A stretch of 64,000 nucleotides of DNA. It comes from a virus. The translations under genes were made by a program, and so were the position numbers. Of this stretch, positions 10,512-20,365 are shown piece by piece; the first letter of the stretch is position 1; every line of letters starts with the position of its first letter. Location of the stretch: the IMG/VR virus record IMGVR_UViG_3300028571_000009; one strand, written 5' to 3'. The notes under the pieces were generated by a model. The model was not told where the DNA came from, ran no database searches, and saw nothing but the letters and a program-made list of their open reading frames with translations.

Positions 10512-10823
10512 ATGGAAAGATACGATATAGCAAAAGAATTAAAGTCAGATACCGGTAAACGGTACAATAGTACGACGTTACCACCAACCGTACAAAAGGA
10601 AGCTACTGATATTTACATCATTACTGTAATAGGTGATAGATTAGATTTAATTGCTTATGATTATTACGGTGACGCTACAAAGTGGTGGACTATTGCCGCG
10701 GCAAATCCTAACGCATTCAAATACAACGGGTCGTTAGCAGTTGAACCGGGACTACAATTACGTGTACCAATATCAGCAGCGACAACCGAAACACAGTACG
10801 CTACTCAGAACGCGAATCGATAG
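10512..10823 (+). CDS. LysM-like baseplate wedge protein (gp53-like)
   Basis: GDRLDLIAYDYYGDATKWWTIAAAN. Confidence 0.75.
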   Translation: MERYDIAKELKSDTGKRYNSTTLPPTVQKEATDIYIITVIGDRLDLIAYDYYGDATKWWTIAAANPNAFKYNGSLAVEPGLQLRVPISAATTETQYATQNANR

Positions 10824-10846
10824 GTTTTTATATTTATTATCGCATT

Positions 10847-12772
10847 ATGACATATACTAATCTAAATAATCCGTTTTACAACGATATATCCGACTCAGTC
10901 AAGAAAGAACTGGATGCTCGGGCGTCGTTATATGGCACGCAGAACCGAGGTGGTACATCTGGGGATAAAGTACATGATTGGTTATACGGTAAAACGGCAT
11001 ATGTTAGAGTTAGATTCAATGATGGTAAGTCAGATAAAGTCGTATTAGAGCCGCCATTGGAAGGGTTTAAAACGATGTATGGTAAGGACCTATACCCTAA
11101 ACCATTAATTACGGCCGTTAACATTTCTAATGAAGGTGATTATTGCTCATTAATGAAAGCTGATATCCACTTTACTGTATTCACTCTAGCACAATTGGAG
11201 GAATTTTTAGGGACATTATTATTTGTTCAAGGACAAAAGGACGGTAAGCAACCGGTATCTATAGATTATGGATGGACGATAGGCGGTCACGATGGCCGGG
11301 ATGGTATGGAAGAAACATTGACCGGGTCAGTATATAATTTTGATTGGACTCTCCGCGCCGATGGCGGGTTTGACTGTGTAAGTAAAGTAATTGCCGCCGG
11401 ATTTTTTAGCATTAATACGAACTCCGATGCTACGTCACCACTGACCACTAAAACCACGGCAGGTGATATCGAAACAAAAGCATATAGTTGGATAGATACT
11501 ATATCGATACTTCCTTTTGGTGGGAAGTATGTTTTAGCTGGTTTTGAAAAATTTGTACTTCCAGGTAAACGTGCAGGTATTGCATTAATAGAGCGCCCCA
11601 TACGAGACAAAAGCAAACCAGAAGATGCCCAAAATGCACCATCCGGTAACTATGTAACACTAGAGTGGATATGTATGGCGGTATCTAAAACCATCACCTT
11701 GAACTCGGAAAATTATCGTAGAGACGATGCATATCCGTTATTTATAGCTGATAAAGAAAGTACGTTAGGCTGGACGTACAACCAAATTTACATCATTACC
11801 TCAGCTGACCCGAAGAATATACTATTACCCGGAGTGTCAGAATATAACGGAGTAGATTTAACGGAGAAAGTAGAAAAAGATATCACCGTGCTAATTAATA
11901 ACTCATCAGGTACACATGATTTAAGTAAAATATTAATAAGTGTGACATTTCTACAGTCGGTCTTAGAGTCACAACGTTCTACATTATCAATGCGTATGAA
12001 TGGTAAGGGCGTTGATAAATCAGTAATAACATTTTTCAATACAATATTTGAGAAAATATCATTTGCTACTGGAGGTATATACAATTTAGCTTTATGCGCA
12101 CCATCAGTACCGGACGACAAATCTGCAGATTATAAACATAGCCAAGATACATGGATTGTATATGATACCGGATATATTCCAGGACTGAATTCTAAGAAGG
12201 AACCGCTTAATGGCGATAAGGTGTACACCATACCTGTTATATCTGCAAAGCCGAATACTAGTAACGGTATATGCCGGACCGTTGCAATACAATCCAATTT
12301 ACCCGGAGCAATGGCTACGGCACAGTATATATCAGCAGCTGCCACGTTAACTGGGTTGCGAAATGTATCGATAGGAAATGTTGTTTCAACAACCCGGGAA
12401 GATTATGATTTTAATGCCGCTCTTGATGCCGCGAAGGAGTCGATAATTAAGCTCAAAAAAGCACTCGGAGCAAACGGGTTCATTCAAGATGATGTAGATA
12501 AACTGGCTGCTGCCCTACGTGAATATAAGATGTTACTAATGAACTCAAAAGACCCTGGTACCGCTAAATGTTTTACCGGCGCACCAATACCAGTAACTCT
12601 ATCGATAACGATGGACGGGATAAAAGGATTTAGAGCCGGCAATGTATTTACGATTAGCTATTTACCAAAAGCATACAAAGATATCGTATTCACAGTTACA
12701 AAAATACAGCATACAATACAGAATAATGATTGGACTACCACATTAACGACCGTATGTAGATTAAAGGTATAA
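10847..12772 (+). CDS. putative baseplate hub protein
   Basis: follows LysM gene; C-terminal LSITMDGIKGF...FTVTKIQHTIQNNDWTT. Confidence 0.55.
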   Translation: MTYTNLNNPFYNDISDSVKKELDARASLYGTQNRGGTSGDKVHDWLYGKTAYVRVRFNDGKSDKVVLEPPLEGFKTMYGKDLYPKPLITAVNISNEGDYCSLMKADIHFTVFTLAQLEEFLGTLLFVQGQKDGKQPVSIDYGWTIGGHDGRDGMEETLTGSVYNFDWTLRADGGFDCVSKVIAAGFFSINTNSDATSPLTTKTTAGDIETKAYSWIDTISILPFGGKYVLAGFEKFVLPGKRAGIALIERPIRDKSKPEDAQNAPSGNYVTLEWICMAVSKTITLNSENYRRDDAYPLFIADKESTLGWTYNQIYIITSADPKNILLPGVSEYNGVDLTEKVEKDITVLINNSSGTHDLSKILISVTFLQSVLESQRSTLSMRMNGKGVDKSVITFFNTIFEKISFATGGIYNLALCAPSVPDDKSADYKHSQDTWIVYDTGYIPGLNSKKEPLNGDKVYTIPVISAKPNTSNGICRTVAIQSNLPGAMATAQYISAAATLTGLRNVSIGNVVSTTREDYDFNAALDAAKESIIKLKKALGANGFIQDDVDKLAAALREYKMLLMNSKDPGTAKCFTGAPIPVTLSITMDGIKGFRAGNVFTISYLPKAYKDIVFTVTKIQHTIQNNDWTTTLTTVCRLKV

Positions 12773-12773
12773 C

Positions 12774-13421
12774 ATGAGCCGGAATAAAATATATTACCCA
12801 GAAAACCAAATCGTTCGAAACTTGTATTCGACAAACAAGCAATGGATGCTAGAAGATGGTACTGAATATATTGGTGCATATCATCGGTATTCTTCCGGAG
12901 AAGTATATACGGAACCGACATGGAATGAATTTCAATCAAAGAAATTGATACCGTATCATATAGTAGCGAGTGCACCGGAAAATCTAGTATATAAGAAAAT
13001 TACAAAAACTGATGTAACCACATTTTCAGCACCGATAGATTACTATCCAATATTAAAAGAATCTGATTACGTGAATGGTAGTGTTACCAGATATTTTCTT
13101 CAGCGTAATAACCTTGCTAATGCTCTATATTCAATCATAGAAGTCAATAAAGAGCAATTCGGTAAATTGGTTATATCCGGTAAAGGAATTAATAACAGCT
13201 TATATAATGGTATCTCTATACCCTGGAAATTAACCGGCCCAAAGAATGACGTGGTTGTCGGTGGTACGAGAATAACCCCAGGCGTTGAAGATACAAACAG
13301 ACGTATTGTAGAAATCAATAGTACGAATGTACCGGGTCTAGATAAATTCCTAACGGACTATATAGAATTATCAGTATACTCATTAGTAACACCTGCCGAA
13401 ATCAAAATTAAATTCTTGTAG
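12774..13421 (+). CDS. hypothetical (probably virion structural) protein
   Basis: ORF track; end of baseplate operon. Confidence 0.6.
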   Translation: MSRNKIYYPENQIVRNLYSTNKQWMLEDGTEYIGAYHRYSSGEVYTEPTWNEFQSKKLIPYHIVASAPENLVYKKITKTDVTTFSAPIDYYPILKESDYVNGSVTRYFLQRNNLANALYSIIEVNKEQFGKLVISGKGINNSLYNGISIPWKLTGPKNDVVVGGTRITPGVEDTNRRIVEINSTNVPGLDKFLTDYIELSVYSLVTPAEIKIKFL

Positions 13422-13445
13422 TTCCATTTTATTTTCTTATATTTA
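13416..13445 (+). promoter_or_regulatory. putative early/middle promoter (TTG-N~19-TATATTT class)
   Basis: partial match to motif recurring upstream of replication genes. Confidence 0.45.
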
Positions 13446-13457
13446 CATTGTAATATT

Positions 13458-14807
13458 ATGAAAATTATCGAAACCCAACAAGATTATGACACGCTTCTAT
13501 CCGAATGCTCGACATACGATTGGTTGATAGTTCCAATATATTCTAATGGAAATTATCCGGTGCATCTAGAAACACTATCATTATTATATGTATACGTGTT
13601 TTTAAAGGATGAAGAGTATATGGTTTCGTTTAATCATACCGAATCTTTAAATATAAGTGCAGATAACATATCGAAGCTACCTACTCTTAATAGATTATAC
13701 GTCTCTAATAAAAAGCGCTTCTTTGCATTTAATAAGAGCGATAATATTATTGATATTGATTTAGCTAAATACTTTGAAACGAATAGTCCATTTGAAGAAG
13801 ATTATGATACTAGTGCCCATGAATGGTTTGTGCGCAATTTTAAGAACTTTAAGAATCTTAATACAATCATTCCCATATTAAAGCATTATGAGCGGTGCAA
13901 TAATATTAGAAATGCATTCTTAGAATATTATACACCGGATATGCAGGAAACGGACGCATTTAAAAAGTATAACGATTTTTTCATTCGAAATTTTTATGAA
14001 ATAGAGAAAAACGGGCTTTATGCTAACCGTGATATATTTACAAAGTATTTCCCAGAAAATCAAATTCATGACGGGTATGCATTTACTGAATACAATATCT
14101 ATACATCGACAGGCCGACCGAGTAATAGGTATGGCGGTATCAATTACGCTGCACTAAATAAAGAGAGTGGGTGTCGACAATCATTTACCAGTAGATTCGG
14201 TAAAGATGGATTTTTAATTAACTTTGACTTTGACGCATATCACATTAGATTATTAGCAAATCTAGTTAACTATGAATTCGACGAAAATGAGTCAGTTCAC
14301 GAACACCTGGGTTGTACATATTTTAACACAACGAAATTAACTCCGGAAGAATACGAGCAATCTAAAAAGATAAGCTTTAAGTTATTGTACGGCGGTATCC
14401 CAAAAGAATATCTACATATTGAATTTTTCAAGCGAGTTCATGAACTAACTAATTTATTATGGAAATCATACAACGATAACAATTATATAGAAACACCGCT
14501 ATTTAATAGAAAGCTGTACAAGAATTTCTTTACGGATATGAACGCGTCAAAATTACTGAACTACTTACTGCAGAGTTTTGAGACCGAACGGAATTGTATG
14601 ATTCTAGACAACTTAAACAAGAATCTAGGTAAATCTAAAATAGTATTATACACTTATGATAGTTTGTTAATTGATTTTAATAAAGCCGATGGCGCGGAAA
14701 TGTTGCAATATATTAAGAATGAAATGGTCTCAGGTAAGTTTCCAGTAAAAATTCAAATCGGACCGGATTATCAAACATTACATACTATAGATTCGAAGAA
14801 AGTATGA
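13458..14807 (+). CDS. short family A DNA polymerase-like protein
   Basis: TSTGRPSN, motif A DFDAYH, motif B KxxSFKLLYG, motif C YTYDS. Confidence 0.8.
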   Translation: MKIIETQQDYDTLLSECSTYDWLIVPIYSNGNYPVHLETLSLLYVYVFLKDEEYMVSFNHTESLNISADNISKLPTLNRLYVSNKKRFFAFNKSDNIIDIDLAKYFETNSPFEEDYDTSAHEWFVRNFKNFKNLNTIIPILKHYERCNNIRNAFLEYYTPDMQETDAFKKYNDFFIRNFYEIEKNGLYANRDIFTKYFPENQIHDGYAFTEYNIYTSTGRPSNRYGGINYAALNKESGCRQSFTSRFGKDGFLINFDFDAYHIRLLANLVNYEFDENESVHEHLGCTYFNTTKLTPEEYEQSKKISFKLLYGGIPKEYLHIEFFKRVHELTNLLWKSYNDNNYIETPLFNRKLYKNFFTDMNASKLLNYLLQSFETERNCMILDNLNKNLGKSKIVLYTYDSLLIDFNKADGAEMLQYIKNEMVSGKFPVKIQIGPDYQTLHTIDSKKV

Positions 14808-14840
14808 CATATTTATATATGTTATTAATAATCGAACGAT

Positions 14841-15224
14841 TTGTATCAACTTTTAGCAGTCTTTACACCGGAATTAAGTTTACAGGATTATATCCAGAAA
14901 ATAACAACAACATATTCTATCTGCTTCAATAAAATTTTTGTATTATCTATAATAGGTAAGGACGAACTATTATGTACATTTAATATAGAGAGATTAAGTA
15001 CAAATGAAATGCTTCCGGGGGCTATATTATTGCATAGAAAAAAGGAAACGAATACATTATATACTATTAATTCATTGAATACTATCATTAAGAAAGAAAA
15101 TAACGGTATTCTAGATACAAAGCGTCAAATTAATTGGGACATGTATAGAAATAGCTTAATACTGACTAATAATAATGATATTAAGATACTACCAACCAAG
15201 ATATTTAAAATAATAGAATTATGA
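14841..15224 (+). CDS. conserved hypothetical phage protein
   Basis: ORF track (TTG start); LLHRKKETNTLYTINSLN. Confidence 0.6.
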   Translation: MYQLLAVFTPELSLQDYIQKITTTYSICFNKIFVLSIIGKDELLCTFNIERLSTNEMLPGAILLHRKKETNTLYTINSLNTIIKKENNGILDTKRQINWDMYRNSLILTNNNDIKILPTKIFKIIEL

Positions 15225-15568
15225 AACGATTCCCGACAACCTTTAAGATGAAAAGAAGTGACCCTTCTGAGTTAGCTACGGTTGTGGCAACTGAAATACA
15301 GAACTACTTCAATATTCAGTTTGCTAAATTCAAACCAAATTGGTCTTCTGGATTCGATGAATTTGGATTAAAATTTGACGCGGACTATTCCAGTTATTAT
15401 CAACAAGATGATAACTATTATTCCTACGGCGAACTGAGTTACGATGAATCAAAATACTCTACAAAAGATATTCGTGAAGTAGTTAAAACTATTAACAGTA
15501 ATATCAAACATATGCACGAGTCTTCAAGGTCTGCACTAAAACTTAAAAATATTCTTTCCGGAAAATAA
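15221..15568 (+). CDS. hypothetical protein
   Basis: ORF track; ATGA overlap. Confidence 0.6.
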   Translation: MKRFPTTFKMKRSDPSELATVVATEIQNYFNIQFAKFKPNWSSGFDEFGLKFDADYSSYYQQDDNYYSYGELSYDESKYSTKDIREVVKTINSNIKHMHESSRSALKLKNILSGK

Positions 15569-15637
15569 CGTTTAGAAGTTATTTTTTGATATTTATTTAA
15601 GACGAAATATTACGTTAAAATTTATTACCCCAGATAA

Positions 15638-15670
15638 TTTGGAAGTATAAAAATTAACCCATATATTTAG
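15638..15670 (+). promoter_or_regulatory. putative promoter TTTGG-N19-TATATTTAG
   Basis: same fixed-spacing motif at about 10 intergenic sites. Confidence 0.6.
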
Positions 15671-15751
15671 TTAAATTAGTTATAAAACCTAGGACATACT
15701 CTAGAACTACTAATTGAAAATTATTAATTAACCAATAAAAATTGAACCAAC

Positions 15752-16540
15752 ATGGCCATCGATTTAGCTGCAATCAAAAACAAATTGCAAACTCTCCAAA
15801 CCAAAACTTCTAAACAACAGAACCTTTGGACTCCAGCACCGGGAACACAACAGGTGAGAATTGTACCTTATATTCATAACCGCGAAAATCCGTTTTTGGA
15901 ATTACATTTCCATTACAACTTTTCGGGGAAGAATATACTTTCACCAATCACATTCGGAAAACCTGACCCGATTGTAGAATTCGCTGACAAGCTGAAGTCT
16001 ACCGGTAATAAGGAAGAATGGAAGATGGGAAAATCATTAGAACCTAAAATGCGTTGCTATGTACCAGTATTGGTGCGTGGTAAAGAATCAGAAGGCGTTA
16101 AGTTCTGGGGTTTCGGTAAAACAGTTTACCAAGAACTTTTAGGATTTATTACTGACCCTGATTACGGTGATATTAGTGACCCAACTTCGGGCCGTGATAT
16201 TACTGTCGAATTCAAGACAAAAGAACAAACCGGTAAGGATTTCCCGGAGACTACTATTAGAGTAAAACCTAATGTAACTCCGATGACTGATAGCAAGGAT
16301 GTATTAGAGTCGATTAAGAATCAACCTAAAATCACTGAACTATTTAAGGAATGGTCTTACGATGAAATCAATAAAGTGTTAGACACTTGGTTGAATCCTG
16401 AACCAGGTAAAGAAGGTGAAGCTTCTACCGCAGATACTACTGCTGCAACGAATAAACAGCAATTTAAAGCCGAAACTACTTCCACTGAAAAGGTAGAAGA
16501 TGTGACCGCAGCGTTTGCAAGTTTATTTGATAAAAAGTAA
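15752..16540 (+). CDS. single-stranded DNA-binding protein (T4 gp32-like)
   Basis: VRIVPY...PFLELHFHY, DPIVEF, WGFGKTVYQELL, acidic C-terminal tail. Confidence 0.8.
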   Translation: MAIDLAAIKNKLQTLQTKTSKQQNLWTPAPGTQQVRIVPYIHNRENPFLELHFHYNFSGKNILSPITFGKPDPIVEFADKLKSTGNKEEWKMGKSLEPKMRCYVPVLVRGKESEGVKFWGFGKTVYQELLGFITDPDYGDISDPTSGRDITVEFKTKEQTGKDFPETTIRVKPNVTPMTDSKDVLESIKNQPKITELFKEWSYDEINKVLDTWLNPEPGKEGEASTADTTAATNKQQFKAETTSTEKVEDVTAAFASLFDKK

Positions 16541-16553
16541 AAACATTTAACAT

Positions 16554-17303
16554 ATGGCCACGAAAGTAGCAAAAAACAAAGCCGAGTTACAGGATGTATT
16601 AGCCGTAACTATGGCAGATAACCTTAATAAAAAATTTAAGGCAAGTGCGCTTCAAGTAGCTTATTTCCTAGACGGAGACGGTGCCGAATCCCCGAGTGAA
16701 ATCAGGGGTTGGGTATCGACAGGATGTACCACATTGGACCTCGCCATTAGTAATAGACCTAATGGCGGGCTTCCTTTCGGACGGATTGTTGAGATTACTG
16801 GATTAGAAGCATCAGGAAAATCATTATTAGCAGCACACGTATTAGCAAACACCCAGAAGATGGGTGGACTAGGAGTGTTCATTGATACTGAGAACGCATC
16901 ATCAACAGAATTCTTATCAGCCATCGGAGCGAATCTAAAGGAAATGCTTTATGTACCGTTAGAGACTGTTGAAGAGATATTCGAAGCTATTGAAAACATT
17001 ATTGAATCGGTGCGTAAGTCGTCAAAAGACCGTCCGGTAACAATTGTAGTAGATTCAGTAGCAGGTGCAAGTACCAAGGTAGAAATGGCCGCTGAATGGG
17101 ATAAGGATGGTTATAATACAACCAAAGCAATTATCTTATCTAAAGCAATGCGTAAGATTACTAACTTAATTGGACGCGAAAAGATTCTGGTAATTTTTAC
17201 CAATCAATTGCGTTCAAGAATGAATGCACCAGCATTTTCTGACCCATGGTGTGTTGACCCGATATCTACTAAGATAACTATTCGGTATAAAGCACAAGTG
17301 TGA
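16554..17303 (+). CDS. recA: RecA/UvsX N-terminal part fused to 17-aa N-intein
   Basis: GLEASGKS Walker A, FIDTE, VVDSVA, NQLR; ends W-CVDPISTKITIRYKAQV. Confidence 0.9.
   Translation: MATKVAKNKAELQDVLAVTMADNLNKKFKASALQVAYFLDGDGAESPSEIRGWVSTGCTTLDLAISNRPNGGLPFGRIVEITGLEASGKSLLAAHVLANTQKMGGLGVFIDTENASSTEFLSAIGANLKEMLYVPLETVEEIFEAIENIIESVRKSSKDRPVTIVVDSVAGASTKVEMAAEWDKDGYNTTKAIILSKAMRKITNLIGREKILVIFTNQLRSRMNAPAFSDPWCVDPISTKITIRYKAQV
17250..17300 (+). mobile_element. split intein N-fragment (17 aa) in RecA
   Basis: Cys1 start directly after the extein DPW; stop follows. Confidence 0.8.
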
Positions 17304-17337
17304 TGTTTTGACTCCACCGGCTAATATTTATTAGTAT

Positions 17338-18426
17338 ATGACTTATAAACAATTACCGGTGGACTCATTATTAATGGAGTATTTTAATTTCGACATTGAA
17401 TCAAAAGATTCCTCGATTAAAATCAAGGTAAAACTTAAAGATTCTAAAAAGTGTCGAACCGATTTTCCCAAAACACCAAAAGGATTGCCGTACTCCGGGG
17501 TAACTAAGGAATATTTTATCCATTATATCGATGATTATGATACCGCAATTAAAGTATGGACAGCCAGAAAAACGATATGTGCTAAGACTAAATTGATTAA
17601 TTGGTGTATTAATAATCTAGGATTAGATTCTATTACAATAAATAAATTACATACATGCTCAAACGATATATCAACCAAGCTTAGTAATTCACTAAATGCA
17701 CACCATGCAAGCCCCGCAGGTCTTTTGACTAAGGAGAAATTAAAAGCTAGAAGTAAAATATGGGCACCGATAATTGGTCAAATTAATAAGAAAAAATGGG
17801 AAGACCCGGCGTATAGAGAGAAGGTGATGAATATGCGTGAAGATACTGGATTCTACACGGATGTTGTTGAGAAGAATAAAAAATGGATGTCTATACCTGA
17901 GAATAAAGCTAAATTTGTTGAAGCGTGTAATGAACCGGAGCGTAAAAGAAAAATAAGTGAAAGTACATCAAAACGGTGGCATGAATGGATGAAGTATAAT
18001 CCTGAAATAATACGGAGAATAACATACTCTAGCAAAAATAAGCAATACAGTTCTAACGGTATTAAGATGAATAATATCGAATATTTGGTAGCTGAATATC
18101 TAAATGAAATTCATGTTAATTGGATTTCTGAAAAGGTATTTAATTTTGGAAAACACACATACATTCCAGATTTCTACCTACCAGAATTTAATATAGTTAT
18201 TGAATGTTATGGTGATTATTGGCACGCAAACCCTGAAATATTCGATTCAAGTAGAACTATATTCAGGACGCCGGTAACCGTAATTCATGAAAGAAACGAC
18301 CGAAGAAAACATACATTTGAAAGTAACGGATATACGTTTATCCATATATGGGAAAGCGATATTCATAAAAATTTTGAAAATATAAAACAATTAATATGCA
18401 AACAGATTACATTGAAGAAGAAATAA
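17338..18426 (+). CDS. free-standing Vsr/DUF559-like homing endonuclease
   Basis: YIPDFYLPEFNIVIECYGDYWH...IHIWESD; lies between the intein halves. Confidence 0.8.
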   Translation: MTYKQLPVDSLLMEYFNFDIESKDSSIKIKVKLKDSKKCRTDFPKTPKGLPYSGVTKEYFIHYIDDYDTAIKVWTARKTICAKTKLINWCINNLGLDSITINKLHTCSNDISTKLSNSLNAHHASPAGLLTKEKLKARSKIWAPIIGQINKKKWEDPAYREKVMNMREDTGFYTDVVEKNKKWMSIPENKAKFVEACNEPERKRKISESTSKRWHEWMKYNPEIIRRITYSSKNKQYSSNGIKMNNIEYLVAEYLNEIHVNWISEKVFNFGKHTYIPDFYLPEFNIVIECYGDYWHANPEIFDSSRTIFRTPVTVIHERNDRRKHTFESNGYTFIHIWESDIHKNFENIKQLICKQITLKKK

Positions 18427-18767
18427 CATTAGCAGAATTTGCATCTCGATTTCTCGGGGTACAAGACCTAGAGTCGCCGGAGGTTTATGATGTCGGTACA
18501 TTAGGTATTGAGGTAAAAACATTAAATTCTAAAGGTGAAGAAATATTCACACCGATAGAAACGTTCGTAGTAAAAGAACCGGTTTCCGAATATTATACGG
18601 ACGGCAAGATTAAGGTCTCAGCATCGCACCGATTTATCGAATCCGGCAAGGAAGTTTTTGCCAAAGACCATACCGATTTCAAGAAAGTATCGGGTCCGTT
18701 AAATATTGTTGATATAGAAGTTCCTGAATATGCTTCGTTCTTGGCTAACGGTCGGTTAAATCATAAT
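18396..18767 (+). mobile_element. split intein C-fragment in RecA
   Basis: ends His-Asn followed by Thr+1. Confidence 0.8.
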
Positions 18768-19220
18768 ACTACAAGTGGTGGAAAGGCGATTGCATTTCAT
18801 GCTAGTGTCCGTTTACGATTAGCTCCGGTAGGAATGATTAAAGAAAAGCGTCATGGTATTGATGAAGTAGTCGGTATTAAAACACAGGCCAAGGTAGTTA
18901 AGAATCGTATGGGACCACCATTAAGAAAGGTGGAGTATCCGATATATTTTGACCGAGGCATCGATGATGATTTCAGCTTACTAGAAATGCTTAAGAAGTA
19001 TGGTATAGTAAACGGTACATCAGGCAATTACAAATATGTAGATGAATCTACAGGTGAAACGATTCCGTTTAAGACAAAGGACTTCCGCAAAACAATTGTT
19101 GATGACCCTAGGATTAAGGATTTAGTTTACGCTGAATTGTGTGATAAATACATTATGTCGTATAACCCGACTGAACTTACCGATGAGATAGAAGTAGAAA
19201 CTGATTTTGCAGCGGATTAA
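18396..19220 (+). CDS. recA: 124-aa C-intein fused to RecA C-terminal part
   Basis: SASHRF block, VDIEV...FLANGRLNHN|T then TSGGKAIAFHASVRLRL, KNRMGPP. Confidence 0.9.
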   Translation: MQTDYIEEEITLAEFASRFLGVQDLESPEVYDVGTLGIEVKTLNSKGEEIFTPIETFVVKEPVSEYYTDGKIKVSASHRFIESGKEVFAKDHTDFKKVSGPLNIVDIEVPEYASFLANGRLNHNTTSGGKAIAFHASVRLRLAPVGMIKEKRHGIDEVVGIKTQAKVVKNRMGPPLRKVEYPIYFDRGIDDDFSLLEMLKKYGIVNGTSGNYKYVDESTGETIPFKTKDFRKTIVDDPRIKDLVYAELCDKYIMSYNPTELTDEIEVETDFAAD

Positions 19221-19235
19221 ATAAATTAAAAGGTT

Positions 19236-20312
19236 ATGAGTGGTGTACGTGATTATGTTAAATTATTAAGAGAACTTAGACAAGAAAAGGCCGTCGACTC
19301 GGCACCGGATGATAGGGTGCTAATTGTCGACGGCCTTTAGCTCAACAGTTTTATAAGGGTTTTTAGTGCCGTCCCTGTAGTTAATGAAGATGGTGAACAT
19401 ATTGGTGGTGTAACGGGATTCTTAAAGTCAATAGCATTTGTAGTACGTGCGGTACAACCAACTCGATTGGTAATTGTATTTGATGGTAAAGGCGGTTCTG
19501 TTAAGAGACGAGACCTGTATGCTGATTATAAAGCCGGTAGGAAAATTAATACTAAATTCAATCGCCCGGACCATTTAGAAATAAATGTGGAGCAGGAAAT
19601 GATGAATATGCGAAATCAATTATCAAGATTATCTCAGTATCTTGATACCCTTCCTATTACAATATTATCAATTGATAATGTGGAAGCTGATGACATCATT
19701 GCGTATATGACTACCAACGTATTTCATGAATCACGTAAAGTAACTATCATGTCAGATGATAAGGACTTCCTACAATTGATTAATGATAAAGTTTCCGTGT
19801 GGAGACCGGTTACTAAATTAACATATACAGAACAATCTGTGTTTGATAGATTCGGTGTACCGGCATACAATTACATTTTGCTGAAATTATTTATAGGTGA
19901 CTCATCTGATAACATTAAGGGTGTCGACGGTATAGCAGCGAAGACATTATGCAAGTACATTCCGGAAATTACTACCGATAAATTAACCCTGGATGATATC
20001 ATAAAGATTGCGTATGAACGTAATCATGATGCTAAGGTTAAGGTGTATCAAAATATCTTGGATAATGAAAAGTTGCTCCGCCTTAATTACGAGCTTATGC
20101 AATTAGCTGATGTGGACATACCCGGTAATGTAAAAAGTATTACACGTGATATTCTAATGAATCAGGAAATTCCCCCAATTGATAGATTTCAATTTAAGCG
20201 GTTGCTAGCAGAAGACAGAGCCTACAATGTTTTCAAAGACCCTGACGGGTGGCTATTAGATAGTTTCAACTATTTAGCCGGTTATGCAAGTATGCGTAAC
20301 GAGAAGAAATAA
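19236..20312 (+). CDS. 5'-3' exonuclease (T4 RNase H/FEN family) with in-frame TAG at 19338-19340
   Basis: ATG 19236 in frame with track ORF 19467; LIVDGL*LNSF, VFDG, EADDIIA, MSDDKD, GDSSDNIKG. Confidence 0.8.
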
Positions 20313-20318
20313 AATAAC

Positions 20319-20348
20319 TGCATGACTTTTTGGGTCATGCATTTTTTT
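20319..20348 (+). terminator. intrinsic terminator
   Basis: TGCATGAC-7nt-GTCATGCA followed by T7. Confidence 0.8.
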
Positions 20349-20365
20349 CTTTTATATTATAAAAT

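Noticed and set aside
19338-19340. Genome-wide TAG reassignment (code 15) as the explanation of the in-frame stop
   Set aside because: TAG ends genes at natural C-termini (NrdJ 25573, dUTPase 26457, clamp 47897, helicase 23263), other long genes have no internal TAG, and Gln readthrough would leave a 2-aa insertion in DGLN.
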